From Macrostomum lignano (taxonomy: Eukaryota): a DNA stretch of 64,000 bases. Positions 39,012-51,546 of this stretch are shown in pieces. The stretch lies in NCBI GenBank assembly GCA_002269645.1, contig NIVC01001846.1, positions 1-64,000 on the forward strand, read 5' to 3'. The notes beneath the pieces are model-generated. The model worked only from the letters and a program-made list of their open reading frames with translations, ran no database searches and was not told the origin of the DNA. Position 1 is the stretch's first letter; each line of letters starts with the position of its first letter. The position numbers were made by a program, and so were the translations under genes.

Positions 39012-40873
39012 TGTAGAGAAAATAAGACTAAAAACACTAGAACTAAATTAGATGTTAAATTGAATCTAAGATAAGCCAGTAAGTGGGCGCAGGGCCCAAA
39101 CAAGTATATTTATATGACTAATTTAGAGGGGGGTTGACTCCAGATAATAAGGAGAGGGGTGAAGTGCGCGACTGAAGAGAGAGGCGAGAATGGAGAACCA
39201 ATCAGAAGGCAGCAAGGGAGAGAGAGAGATAAGAATAACAAGATTGAGCTAGACAGAGAGAGAGAAAACGGAGTAAACAGAGACAATTGAAGGTGAACTA
39301 AGAAATGACTAGGAAAGTCGCGACACTCCCCCCAAAAAATGGAACATTTTTTTGAATTTTCGAGTACCATTACCAATTGAAATTAATGAGTTAGAATTAG
39401 GTCGAATTAAATTGAAAAACACATTCACAATAAATGGTGTATAAAACGATTTGAAAAATACATAATGACTAAGAATTTGAATACAAAAACAGTAGAGCGA
39501 ATGCAAAATATTAAGACCGAATTTTAAACTTAGATTTTTATTGAGTAGATTTTGAACCAATGAGAAGACTGAAAAGACTGAATATATCCGCCCTCCCCCC
39601 TAAAAATTAGCAATTTTTAATTGTAAATGGCTAGTACAGTTTAGAGAAAACACTAACATTGTCAGTTGAGTAAGAGAGCTGAGATGAGAGAGATGAGATG
39701 AGATGAGAATCAAGTTGATGAAAAGAACAACTGGAGACGACTAGAGACAACTGGAGACACTGACAAGAGAGGAGGGGACCGAGTGAAGAAAGTTTGACAA
39801 AGACCGGTGAGATTGACTGCCGACACCGACTCCGAAGACGTGACGACGGCCCGAGTTGAATTGTGAATATGCCGCCGGCACCGACTCCGAAGACGAGACC
39901 GACAGCCCGAGTTGAAATGCGAATATGCTGCCGGCACCGACTCCGAAGACGAGACCGACAGCCCGAGTTGAAATGTGAATATGCTGCCGGCACCGACTCC
40001 GAAGACGAGACCGGCAACCAGAGATGAGACGATTGAGAGGCCGGCAGACGAGACGATTGAGAGGCCGGCAACCAGAGACGAGACGATTGAGAGGCCGGCA
40101 ACCAGAGACGAGACGATTGAGGCCGGCAACCAGAGACGAGACGATTGAGAGGCCGGCAACGAGACGATTGAGAGGCCGGCAACGAGACGATTGAGAGGCC
40201 GGCAACGAGACGATTGAGAGGCCGGCAAGCAGAAACGAGACGATTGAGAGGCCGGCAACCAGAGACGAGACGATTGAGAGGCCGACAAGCAGAGACGAGA
40301 TGATTGAGAGGCCGGCAACCAGAGACGAGACGATTGAGAGGCCGGCAACCAGAGACGAGACGATTGAGGCCGGCTGCCAGAGAGGAGACGATTGAGAGGC
40401 CGGTAGACGAGACGATTGAGAAGCCGGCAAGCAGAGACGAGACGATTAGGAGTCGATGACGGGATGACGAGATGACTGGTGTAGGGCTACGACTACGACG
40501 ATGGCATGGCCTTTGCCAGCCTTACTGTATTGACTGAATTATTTTTCATTGGGCGCCATGTAGAGAAAATACTAAAAACACTAAAAACTATTTAATTGGA
40601 TGTTAAATTGAATCTAAGATAAGCCAGTAAGTGGGCGCAGGGCCCAAACAAGTATATTTATATGACTAATTTAGAGGGGGGTTGACTCCAGATAATAAGG
40701 AGAGGGGTGAAGTGCGCGACTGAAGAGAGAGGCGAGAATGGAGAACCAATCAGAAGGCAGCAAGGGAGAGAGAGAGATAAGAATAACAAGATTGAGCTAG
40801 ACAGAGAGAGAGAAAACGGAGTAAACAGAGACAATTGAAGGTGAACTAAGAAATGACTAGGAAAGTCGCGACA
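39012..40873 (-). mobile_element. Non-coding LTR retroelement (TRIM-like), 1,862 bp, nested in the Gypsy integrase
   Basis: LTRs 39012-39325 and 40559-40873 (TG...CA); 5-bp TSD TACAG; minus-strand PBS TGGCGCCCAA next to the right LTR (tRNA-Lys-like); PPT GGGGGGAG next to the left LTR; interior is 56-bp and ~30-bp tandem repeats. Confidence 0.93.
39820..40450. repeat. Internal tandem repeats of the TRIM-like element (56-bp x~3.5; ~30-bp GAGACGAGACGATTGAGAGGCCGGCAACCA x~15)
   Basis: Direct reading. Confidence 0.9.
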
Positions 40874-41674
40874 TACAGCAACTGGATCGAACTGGCAAAG
40901 TTAGGTCAACAGTCTGGAGCTGACTTGGTGATTGCTCGAATTAAGTCGATGTTCGCCAGGTTCGGTATCGTCGAAGAGCTGGTCAGTGACAATGGGCCCC
41001 CATTCAGCTCGTTTAAGTTTCAAGAGTTTGCTGCACAGTTTGGTTTCGTGCACACGCGCTCGTCACCCGGATATCCTCAGTCCAACGGGATGGCTGAAAA
41101 GGCAGTCAAAGTGGCAAAGAGCATCCTGAGGAAAGCTGATCAGCCTGAAATTGCGCTAATGGAATATCGAGCTTCACCAATTAGCGGTACGAGCACCAGC
41201 CCCAGCGAGCTCATGTTCGGTCGGTTGATTCGTACGAAGCTGCCAGCAGGTGAGGAGGCGCTGCTCAAAGACAGAACAACCGGATTCTCTAAAGCCCCGC
41301 TGCAGGCTGCTCAAAAACGGCACTACGACCAGCAAGCCCGACCGCTCTCAACACTGAATCAGGGAGATGCAGTTCGTTTTCGGCACGGTTTCAGATGGGA
41401 GCCAGCCGTTGTGACGCAAGCTAACCCGGAGCACCGCAACTACCGACTGCTGACTCAAAGCGGCAGGGAGCTGATTCGCAATCGCCGGGACCTGCGACCA
41501 GTGCCGCCGCAGCAGTCCACTGCTGAAGCCGAAGACGTCCAGCTGGCGGCCCAGGCGGCTCCGGCCGGCGATGAGTTGGCGGCATCAGATCTTGCGGAGC
41601 CTGAAGAGCCACTCCGCCGCTCTGCCAGGGCCACAAAGGGCATTCCGCCTCTCCGCTACAGACATGACGTGTGA
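40874..41674 (+). CDS. Gypsy pol, 3' part (integrase core and C-terminus)
   Basis: Resumes YSNWIELAKL in frame once the insertion and one TSD are removed; ends PPLRYRHDV*. Confidence 0.9.
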   Translation, partial: YSNWIELAKLGQQSGADLVIARIKSMFARFGIVEELVSDNGPPFSSFKFQEFAAQFGFVHTRSSPGYPQSNGMAEKAVKVAKSILRKADQPEIALMEYRASPISGTSTSPSELMFGRLIRTKLPAGEEALLKDRTTGFSKAPLQAAQKRHYDQQARPLSTLNQGDAVRFRHGFRWEPAVVTQANPEHRNYRLLTQSGRELIRNRRDLRPVPPQQSTAEAEDVQLAAQAAPAGDELAASDLAEPEEPLRRSARATKGIPPLRYRHDV

Positions 41675-41949
41675 GTGATAGGGACAGTGACTTTTGTTTG
41701 TTTTCAAGGACTGTTGCATGGATTTTTTATGCAAAGATTAGGGTTAATCCGCTGACTTTGTTGCTGAGAAAATATTCCAAATATTTTTATTCCTTATCTA
41801 AATCGAATTTCGTTGTTGTTTTTTTTGTCTAAAAATATTTAAAAAAGTATTTTTTTTTCATTTGTTTTAAAAGAAATATTTTTTGAGTTTTCGCACATGT
41901 CTAATGCGCAAATAATGAAATGTTTTGGAAGCGATAATTCCTTCGAGCC

Positions 41950-42378
41950 ATTGATTTTAATTCCTCTCGATTTTTTGCTATTAGAAAGGAGTGATTAGTG
42001 ATAATTCTATGAATAATTGATTTTAATTCCTCTCGATTTTTGCTATTAGAAAGGAGTGATTAGTGATAATTCTATGAATAATTGATTTTAATTCCTCTCG
42101 ATTTTTGCTATTAGAAAGGAGTGATTAGTGATAATTCTATGAATAATTGATTTTAATTCCTCTCGATTTTTGCTATTAGAAAGGAGTGATTAGTGATAAT
42201 TCTATGAATAATTGATTTTAATTCCTCTCGATTTTTGCTATTAGAAAGGAGTGATTAGTGATAATTCTATGAATAATTGATTTTAATTCCTCTCGATTTT
42301 TGCTATTAGAAAGGAGTGATTAGTGATAATTCTATGAATAATTGATTTTAATTCCTCTCGATTTTTGCTATTAGAAGA
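41950..42378. repeat. 65-bp tandem repeat (~6.5 copies) immediately before the 3' LTR
   Basis: ATAATTCTAT recurs at 42001 and 42066; each unit contains AGAAAGGAG followed by TG. Confidence 0.95.
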
Positions 42379-42382
42379 GAGA

Positions 42383-42559
42383 TGTCAGTGATGCACTTGT
42401 AACTATAATTTATTGTACGCACATCTGCGCCCCAGCCGCCCCGTCCCCCAATCATGTACGTTGCTATCGATTGCTCAGCCCCCCTCGCCCCTCTATATAA
42501 TATGCTTTTTGGCACTCTTGAATAATACACGTTTTTCTCTCGGTTGCACGTTCATTACA
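42383..42559 (+). repeat. Gypsy 3' LTR, 177 bp
   Basis: TGTCAGTGA...TCATTACA imperfect inverted ends, TATATAA at ~42494, preceded by a purine tract. No 5' LTR in window to confirm. Confidence 0.65.
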
Positions 42560-43620
42560 AATGTGTCTTTTACTATGAAAGTTTCAAGACAGAATTCAAA
42601 AGATATATTATATAAAAATATCTTTTCTTTATAAATAGCAAGAAACACAAACCAAGGACTAAACAGTAACTAGTAGTATAGTTGCACACCTATCGCTTAG
42701 ATCTTTAATTATTTTGGTTATTAATACCCTTTAAATAGTAGAAATGAACAAACGAAAGCTAATTTCGAGATTGAGGCAAAAACAGAGAATGCGCACTTCC
42801 ATGTTGCTGCCGCGTCTCAGCCGCGTCAAAATTTTAAACTCATGCCCCAGATGCAGCTGTAGTAAAATCTTATAGATTATGGTCTGAAAGTTATGTCCCA
42901 AAAGATTGCGCGCAATAATTCGACAGTTCATAATACAAGTGAATGCGCGCGCTTGTAAAATAAAAACTATCTGAGCAGCGCGCGATAACATTCAAATCTA
43001 TTACTTTTCATGCTGTGTTTTATTTATGTGTGTAACAGAAGTTCAGCCTATATTTTAACTTTAAACTTAAAAATTTATTTACAGTTAGCTAAGTTTAACA
43101 GCCATTTTTCACTTTTTTGACCGTGCTTTGTTAAAGTAATAATAAAATAATAATTGATTACACCTGCCCAATCGGCCGATGTGCAACCGACAGCTCAGCC
43201 GCAACTATTGCGCGGCGCATCTGAAGGCATTGTTAAAGTGCAATTAATTTAAACGTCAGTTTAACTTGGAAGCGATCTTAACTGTCATTCCTAGATAAAC
43301 CTTGAATATTCACAGTTTAACTTGGAATTTAACCAGGAATCGGCTTCAATTTTTTAAGCGGGTTCGCCACCGCCCTCGCCTCCTGCTTTTGATTCGCTTT
43401 GTTCTCTCATGGTTGTGACTAGCTGTACATTCTTTAAATGTTTACGTATACTTAATGTCTACTAATCTGCGTTGTCTTCTCTATTCTGAAAGGTAATTAT
43501 AGCTGCTGATATCAATTACTTTGATAAGATTATAATTTTTCTCGATGGAGGTGTTTGATAACTTGCTGAATGTTTTATTTAAGCTTCATTACATTTCCAC
43601 TCTGGAACCCTCAGTCTCCG

Positions 43621-44270
43621 AATTTATCTACCTAATCTACAATAGACCCCAGCCTCTATTGAAGTTAAGGTAGGTAAAATCAATCCCGATGAAGATTCTC
43701 CCTACCCTAAACCCCCATTCCCTATGTCCTATTGGTTGGTGGTTATTGGCCCACCCCCCTCATCAGACCCCCCTTAGGTTTAGAATTTACCTACCTAATC
43801 TACAATAGACCCCCATGCCTCTATTGAAGTTTAGGTAGGTAAAATCAATCCCGATGAAGATTCTCCCTATCCTAAACCCAAACCCCCATTCCCTATGTCC
43901 TATTGGTTGGTGGTTATTGGCCCACCCCCCCCTCATCAGACCCCCCTTAGGTTTAGAATTTACCTACCTAATCTACAATAGACCCCCATGCCTCTATTGA
44001 AGTTTAGGTAGGTAAAATCAATCCCCATGAAGATTTTCCCCACCCTAAAACCCCCATTCCCCATGTCCCAGTGGTTGGTAGTTATCAGCCCACCCCCCCC
44101 CCTTGTCAGACCCCCCCTCATCAGACCCCCCCCTTGGGTTCAGAATTTACCTATCTAATCTTCAATAGATCCCCATGCCTCTATTGAAGTTTAAGTAGAT
44201 AAAATCAATTCCCACGAAGATTCTCCCCACCCTAAAACCCCCCATTTCCCATGTCCCGGTGGTTGGCTTT
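43621..44270. repeat. ~165-185-bp tandem repeat (~3.7 copies) with C-rich tracts
   Basis: AATTTAcCTACCTAATCT recurs at 43621, 43784, 43957 and 44144. Confidence 0.88.
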
Positions 44271-45904
44271 AAGCTACGAAAAAATTAAGCTCAAATTTGA
44301 AATCAGCACCATAAAAACCCATTTAGTGACAAAATTATGATCCTATCAAAACTGCAACTATTGTATCTACCTAAAGTTCAAGAAGTCCGTAAATTCAAAT
44401 ACATTTGTAATGTTGTAATTTCCATTCAGACTTATATTTTTTATCTTTCTTTGCATCTTTGGTTATTGATATTGCCATATTGCCAATACCGATATTCAGT
44501 ATTGAAAGAAAGAACATTGATGTTCTTACGGTTGATTAGGTTGCTTGTTTTTGTCTCTTTCGATTTGCTTGTGTATACATACATCTCAGGGCTCAGGCCC
44601 ACCTGTAAAAGAAAGTCAATACATTTTAATGTAAAAGGTTTGGAGAAGATACTTTGCCTATATTTAGTGCCTAATTTACTCGTCTTTATCGATTGAAAAA
44701 TATCGATTGAAATAGAATTTGTGGAATGGAAATTTCAACCAGAAAAAAACGATAATGCGCCAACAGGAAAATTTCTACCCCTATTTGACGGATTTGGTTG
44801 TCAATTGTTAGAACTGATTGAATGTTTGTTGGAAAAGTAATGCCAACTGTCGAATCTGCATCGCAGTTTGTCGAAACTGTTTGAAAATCGAAGCTGTCAC
44901 AACCAAAAAGTGTCGGAATTATTGGATTCCAGAAAATTAAAACTGGTTGCTCTTTCGAATGTAGAGCTCGATTGTCAACGCAATCGTTGATCAGTTGAAT
45001 TGAAATTCTGATTAGCTAAAGATTGGCCTGGTTGATGAGATCTTTACTATCTACTTAGTCTACTAGTCTATTAGTCTTATTCCACTCTACCTCTGAATTA
45101 TAATTTGCCTTTTGGAAATAGCTTGACATCTACATATAAATTATAATAGAGCACTCAGCCGACCTCAATACTTACATGTAGCTATAATCTCTGATAAAGA
45201 TGATAACTTTTCGCAATACCATCGCAATACTCCAAAATACAGCAGCCAAAACTCAACTCCGAGAGTGCTTTAATGGTAACAGCGCACCGTGAGTACACAC
45301 TTAAAGTATTGGAAAATATTGAAAGTTGATTTCCGAATTGTAATGTAACGCCAGGTACTTCGATTGAGTGCTTGATATTTCTCTAGCTAGCCGTCTGTAA
45401 TAGAAACTACTGAATTTCCCTAAGAGTAAAGTACGCAATCAGAGTTATTCAAATTAATTGGAGAAGTGAAACGTCTGAATACTAATTTTTTCGCATTTTC
45501 CGATTGAAAAATACTCGGGATACATAAAAGTCTGAAAAGGTACGTAATGCACCTGTTGCTCTATCAATTAAATACTGTATAGATACAACCAGGCATTCGT
45601 ACAGCTGGTCGCCTTGCACGACTTGCACGATTCGTGATTCGTGAGCACGTAATTTGAGACTGTAATACCTTTGTTTTTGCTTGCTTTGATCTACTTTCGT
45701 TTCTTTATTAACTATGTTACTGTATTGAGCAAAATATTGAGCACACATAACTTATACGTAAAAATTAGATATGTGGGGATCTACAAACTACAAAAGTACA
45801 TGTACAGTAATCTTCTACAACTGTCAACAGGTACATGTAATGATTTAATGAAGATTTGTGAATAGCAAAATAAGAATTACTTTTAAGAGAATTAGTTAAG
45901 TTTA

Positions 45905-48900
45905 CTATTTTGCTGCCGCTTGTGAATGCTTCAACAAATCGAGCACCTGCGACAGCTGCTTTTGCTGCTTTTTCTGATTACGTCGCAGTCTGTGAAGCTG
46001 CTCTCTGATGTCCAGAGTTTCTCGCTTCACCATCCTGGCAAGCTCGTCGCGAGTTCCGTCAACAGTTTTCTCCGTGTGCGCTCGCAGCGCCTCGAATGCG
46101 TCTTTGTGCCGCTCAACGCCCTGCCGCAGTCGGGGCGGCACTGGCGGAGCTGCTCAGCTTGGTACACCAGAAACTGCCGATAGTCGTTGGGATAGTCGTG
46201 AAAACTACTGCGTTCCTGCCACCAGGGTGGACTCTGCTTCTAAATTCATTGCGAGAAGATGAAAGCTGTTACCATTTAAGTGTAAGATTCGTCGAAAACT
46301 GTTAAGGTACTTATTTCTATCGATAATCGACAGTAAAATTAACAACACGATACTTCGTCGTCGACATCGACGTTGACGTCGACGTCGAGTTGACGTCGAG
46401 AAAAGTCTAAGGAAAAATATTATTCGGAGAATGGCAGCGCTCAAGAGTACAGGTTGTGTTTTCTAAACAAATATTTGACAAATTTTTACTTCTTTTGCCT
46501 GGCGCTGAATAGGTCTATGGAACGTAGTACCCGCTAATAATCCTAAAGAAGTGCATTAACAGTAGGAAATTTACAACCATTTCCGCCCGTTAATTGAACG
46601 ACCAAAAAAGGGGAACAGTTTTTTTGCTGCGCGCCGGAACGGAGTCACAGCTCTAGCACACGAAATTCAAGAACACCGGGGCTTGACCAGAGACAACAAA
46701 GAAATTCACAATTGGGTGTCCACAGTCGCCTGATAGCTACAGACCGGTAAAGCAGGCGACGGCGTCTGGAAGACGACTGAATGCTTGAGAGAGTGCTTAG
46801 AAATTTGAAGCACTTGAAATTCCAGTGCCTGGTTTGCGTCATTCCAGCGCAACGAAAAATTTGCAAGGGTCCCCTCCTTGGTAGTTCTACCGTTAAAGAG
46901 ACAGGAACAACAGACACTTCGCCAAAAGGAACTTTACATGTTTGCCGGTCTCCCGGTAGTATTTCATGAAAAACGGCTTGATAAATTTATGAGTGCACCT
47001 CAAACGAAACATGTTCATAGTCAGCTTTGCGCCTCATTTGGAATTCGTAAGCCCAGAAGGTGATACATTGGGAATTTAGTGCTAAAAAACTGGAAGCTTC
47101 CTTACCTTTGCATTTGCAGCGGAAAATCAGCCCACAGCAAAATTTGCATGGTCTTTTAAATCATAATTCAAAGTGTTGATTGTACTTGCCTCTTCCGGTT
47201 GAACCGAACGACGGTTCTCCAGACGCCGACACGCGTACCGCCCCAGCTTGCAAATGTAATGAGGAAACGAAAACGGCGGTGGAAACGGGCTGACCTCGGA
47301 AAACTCGACCAGCATCTCGTACAGATTTTTACGCCAAATCACCTCTGCTTTGGTGTCCATCCTGGTGACTGTCAGGTTAAACAGTGCAATTAGCAGGTTC
47401 CACATCACTATGTTCACGATTAGCAAGTAGAGGAACATTAACAGGCCGCTGTACGCCCGGTAGCCGGCATGGTCTGAGCACGCCTCCAGAGTCTGTCTGG
47501 ACCCGTTGCACACTACGCTCTCGGCGCCTTCAAAGAAGCCGAACGCCAGCGAGACCGGCAGGGAGAACACTTGCTTGGCTATTGACTCCGAGTCGCGTAA
47601 AATGCTCGCAGTAGAGAGGGTCACGGGAAATAGCAAGTTCACGTAGAATATGCCAAACGAATAGACCAGCACAAGCATTATGATCAGGAATGGGGCCAAG
47701 TCGCTTAATAGAAGGCTTTTCAGCATCGATATTTTTGGTCCAGTGACCTTGAAGTAGCTAAGCAGGGATACCGACCGAAATCCCCAGAGCAGAAAGGATG
47801 CGCTCAGTACTACTTGGGCATTGTGCAGGCTGGTTGTATCGCCTCCCGTGCTCACTATTTTGAGTATGAGCCCAGCCAACAGCAGTAAGATTGCGGCCAG
47901 ATCAAAATAATTAAATAAATCTGTGAAGTACCTGGGTACTTTCAGATGCCTTCCCCAAGCGTAGGTATCTTTGAGTTCTCCCCTATTAACCATGTCATTT
48001 ATCTCCTGCGTGGCGAATGATAAAGCGAACATCCACATGACTGCATCAACAATGTGCACAGCCGCGGCCTGCGACTTCAACGACTGGCCAAAATCCGTTA
48101 CGTACCAGGAGAAGAAGCACAGAAAGAAGAGGAAGAAGACCATGTGAATCCAGACTCGAAATCGAACTGACAATAAAAAGCTAGGGACTCCGTCAGGTCG
48201 ACTGCCAGGACTGCAACTGCTATTGAAGCTCGGGCAGCACGGTTGACTGCTACTGCTTGTACGCCACGACAGAGGAGGCGGTTTCTTCCACTGTTCGTCG
48301 ATCATGCTGCTGAGGCAGTTGGTTGCAAACAGCTCGTCGCAATCGACTGTGTCGACCAGCTGCATGACCGAGAAGCATTCCGCCGGGCCCGAAAACGGAG
48401 CCACAACTTTGCCCTTTTTATCGACGAATTTTTTTAACGGAGCCTGAAACTTCGGACCGCTCACTTCATCCTTCTTGAAGTCCGCAGTCAAGTAGCGGAA
48501 CAAAAGTTCACGCTCGTTCTGATCGGCTCTGACGTACAACTGCTCGAGAACATTAGTGAGAACGTTCAGGGCTTGCTTCATCATTTCGCTCAATTGTTCA
48601 TGTCTTCCTCTTCGCATCTCAACTTGAGGTGTCATGTTGATTAGCAGCCGCAGTGTCTGAGGTATGATGTCAAACTGTGGCAGAACCATCAAGTCGGATA
48701 GCAGGTTTGCCTTATCAAAGAATATGACGCAATCCAGTAGCGATAATTCTGTCCGAGTAGTAGCTATTAAATCCAGTGTTTCCATATTTGGAAAGTACTT
48801 TTGCTGGCTAGGATTCTTTGACTGATATCGTTTGCGCAACGCCTTGATAAGACGATCATCCGTGTCTCCAGTGACGTAATCCAGCACTACAAGGCTTCGA

Positions 48901-51546
48901 AGCATCTCTGTAGAGTCAAGTTCCAGAGCTCGGATGAGCAGCTTAACGTCGGCAGACTCCGCAGCAGATGCCTGTCCTTCAGCTTCATCCCCAGCTGTGG
49001 GCAATCCTCTGTCTCTCTCAATATCGGATCTCAGTACAGGGTCAGTGAATAGGGACAGCAGATTCCTGGTTTTTGACTGGCTCCTGACTGGTTTTGTCTG
49101 GCAGCTGCAGTGCCTTCTTGACCGGATCGACCAGCAGCAGAATCTCCCTCAGATCGACGCCAGCATCGGCAGCGGCGCTTCTAAGTACGTCCAGCTTTCC
49201 TTTGTTGCACGCAAAGTCAACGCACGTCTGACCGGAAGCTGTCTCGCAACCAAGCCTTGCATCGCAGAGACCTTTGCCAATTAGAAACCTCAGGTTTTCC
49301 TCGTGACCGGCTTCACAGGCAAAGTGCAGACAAGTTGCTCCGCTAAGCGAGCCCGACGACACTCGAATATTTAACAGTTTGTCAGAGCTCAGCGTGAAAA
49401 GCTGCTTCAATGGAGCTTCTAAGAATCTGATGTCGTAACGGCCGGAAAACACGTGAACAACATGCAAGCCGTCGGAGTTTCTCTGCAGCCTACTGAATGC
49501 CTCTTTCAATTCCGGCAGGTGGGAAAGCCTCACCAACACGTCGTATAGCGTCCGCTGACTGAACTCAGCGCTCATCAAACAATTCTTCTTGACATTGTTC
49601 TCCACCTTGGGATCAACGCCTCCATCGATGAGCTTCTTGACCGCTGACACAAACTCGTCCGCGTCAAAGTCCCGGTTAGGGAATGACTCAGAGGTGAGGA
49701 ACAGCGCATGTAGCAGTGTGTTTCCCACCGAATCGATGCACATATGCCGTTTCACGTCGATAAATTCCGCTTTGAAAAAGTTGAAGTTCTTCAACAGACA
49801 GGCCAAAAACAGCGGATTTCTATCGTTCTTGTCAACTGACGCCGCGACCGCATCGGAGGGGTCGTCGAACTGGTGCTGTGGCGCCGATTGAACAAACATC
49901 TGGGCCCCGAAGGCTCTGTTGCGGGCGCACAAATGCAGACAAGTCCTACCGTCGCTATCCTTGCTGGCCAGTTCTTGCTCCTGACTTCCCTTCAGTTGGT
50001 TCATCATCCAGAAGAACACAGATTCATCTTTCTCGTGACGCTCGTTGCCTGTGGCCATGAACAGTGGAGTCCAACCGTGTTTGTCTCTGAGCGTAATGGA
50101 GTCCTTGCCTGCGCAACTAACCAGCGACTGGAATAAAGCGAGGCTTTGATAGGAGGCAGCTAAGTGAATAGCAGTTAGCAGTTCTTCATCTACTTCAGTA
50201 AGAGCTGATGAACCAAGCTTATCAACCAGGACCTTCAAGAACTCTCGTTGAATTGCATTGGCCGCTAGACAGTGAACTGGTTTTCGGCCTTTCGCTCCGG
50301 CGGTGTTCCACACCGGATTTTCTAGTGTCAGATGCTGAGAAAGCAGTTCCATGCATTCGTCGCTCTGCACCTGTGCAGCCAAGTGAATCGCCGTGTCGCC
50401 CTGTGCGTCCCTCAGCTGAAAAATCGCCGGCCGCTTGGCAAGATAGTCCAGAATCCAGTGAAGAGTCAAGACCGACTTCTCATTGAGTGCCGCCCGATGC
50501 ACCGGGGTACGTTTCAAGCCTCCCTCCATCTGCCAGACGTTGTGCTCGGGTGGTAGCCGGGTTGAAAACAATTGCATGCACTCGTCGTCCTGATATTCGG
50601 CAGCGACATGCACAGCCGTGTCTCCGTTGGCGTCCTTAATTAAGAGATGATCGATGCTTCCAATGTTTGTCACGAACCACTCAAGAGCGGCGTAGCCGTT
50701 CTCATTCCTGGCCGCCATGTGCACCGCCGTCTGCAGTTGATAGCCGGGAGTTAAGAAGCAGCTGGCGCCAAGGCGATCTTGCAGCATCTGCATGCACTCG
50801 AATCCCTGGTGTCGAGCGGCCAGGTGAACAGCCGTATTGTTCTCAGCGTCAGGCTTCTTAAATACCTCCAGCTCGAGATTCTCTAGCATCCATTTGAGCG
50901 TGTCACCGCTCTGTTCACCGGTGCAATTAAGCGCAGCCCGGTGCACCGGGGTCCGGCGCAGCGCCCCGCGCGCCTGCCAGACTCTCTGCGGCAGTTTGGC
51001 CTTGAGCAGCCGCATGCACTCGTCAGTCTGGAACTCGGCGGCCAGGTGCACAGCTGTGTCGCCCAACGAGTCCTTCACTGTAAGCGCCTGCTGGCCAAGA
51101 TTGTCGAGGATCCATATCAGCACCTCGTGACCGTTGCTGTTCTTGGCGGCAAAGTGAGCCGCGGTGCTGTTCAGCCCGCTTACAACCGAGAAACAGCCGT
51201 CGCCCAGAGCGTTGCGCAGCGTCTGCATCGTCTCCGCGGCCAGCTCGCGGTCTTGGATGAGCGCGGCGAGGTGTACAACGTTTAGATTCAGCTCGTTACG
51301 CACCTGGCCGATGGCTTCGCCGCCCAACCTGCGCAGAAGGAACTTCAACACGGACAGATCCGAGATGTCTTCCACCGCTTCGAAAAGAACGTCCACGCCG
51401 AAGTCGTTGAGGTTGCGACCATCGTTGCTAACCAAGGCCCGCAGGATTTCCTCTTGGCCAGCTTGGACGCTCGATTCAATGGCTCGTTTTAGCCGCTCGT
51501 AGTCTGAGACTGGGCAGTACTCGAGTACTAGTCTGAGCTCGGCCAT
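45905..51546 (-). CDS. Ankyrin-repeat TRP-family cation channel (~17-19 ANK repeats, 6-TM, TRP domain, coiled-coil tail); exons 51546-47190 and 46239-45905
   Basis: Repeated TAVHxAA motifs; TRP-like S1-S6 (YFTDLFNYFDL, TGPKISML, NLLIALF), TRP box IWRKNLY and PFPPPF. ANK and TM frames overlap at 49042-49148 (+1 shift). Second -1 shift at a G4 run, 46132-46135. GC-AG intron 47189-46240 is inferred. Confidence 0.85.

Larger units (their letters stand above)
38038..42559 (+). mobile_element. 5'-truncated Ty3/Gypsy LTR retrotransposon (end of RT linker, RNase H, integrase, 3' UTR, PPT, 3' LTR)
   Basis: AFEKLKDVLSDAPVL; RNase H VDSS...EKETLA...TDHKPL; HHCC LHEGHGG...CSTC; DDE GCDL / SDNGPPF / SNGMAEK; PPT AGAAGAGAGA then TGT...ACA LTR. 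Confidence 0.93.

Noticed and set aside
40548-40558. tRNA gene
   Set aside because: Only a 10-nt primer-binding site; no cloverleaf.
47102-47129. AAG/GTAAGG donor as the TRP intron start, or TGA 47127 as the true gene end
   Set aside because: The donor lies downstream of an in-frame stop; the GC donor at 47189 joins a TRP-like terminal exon in frame.
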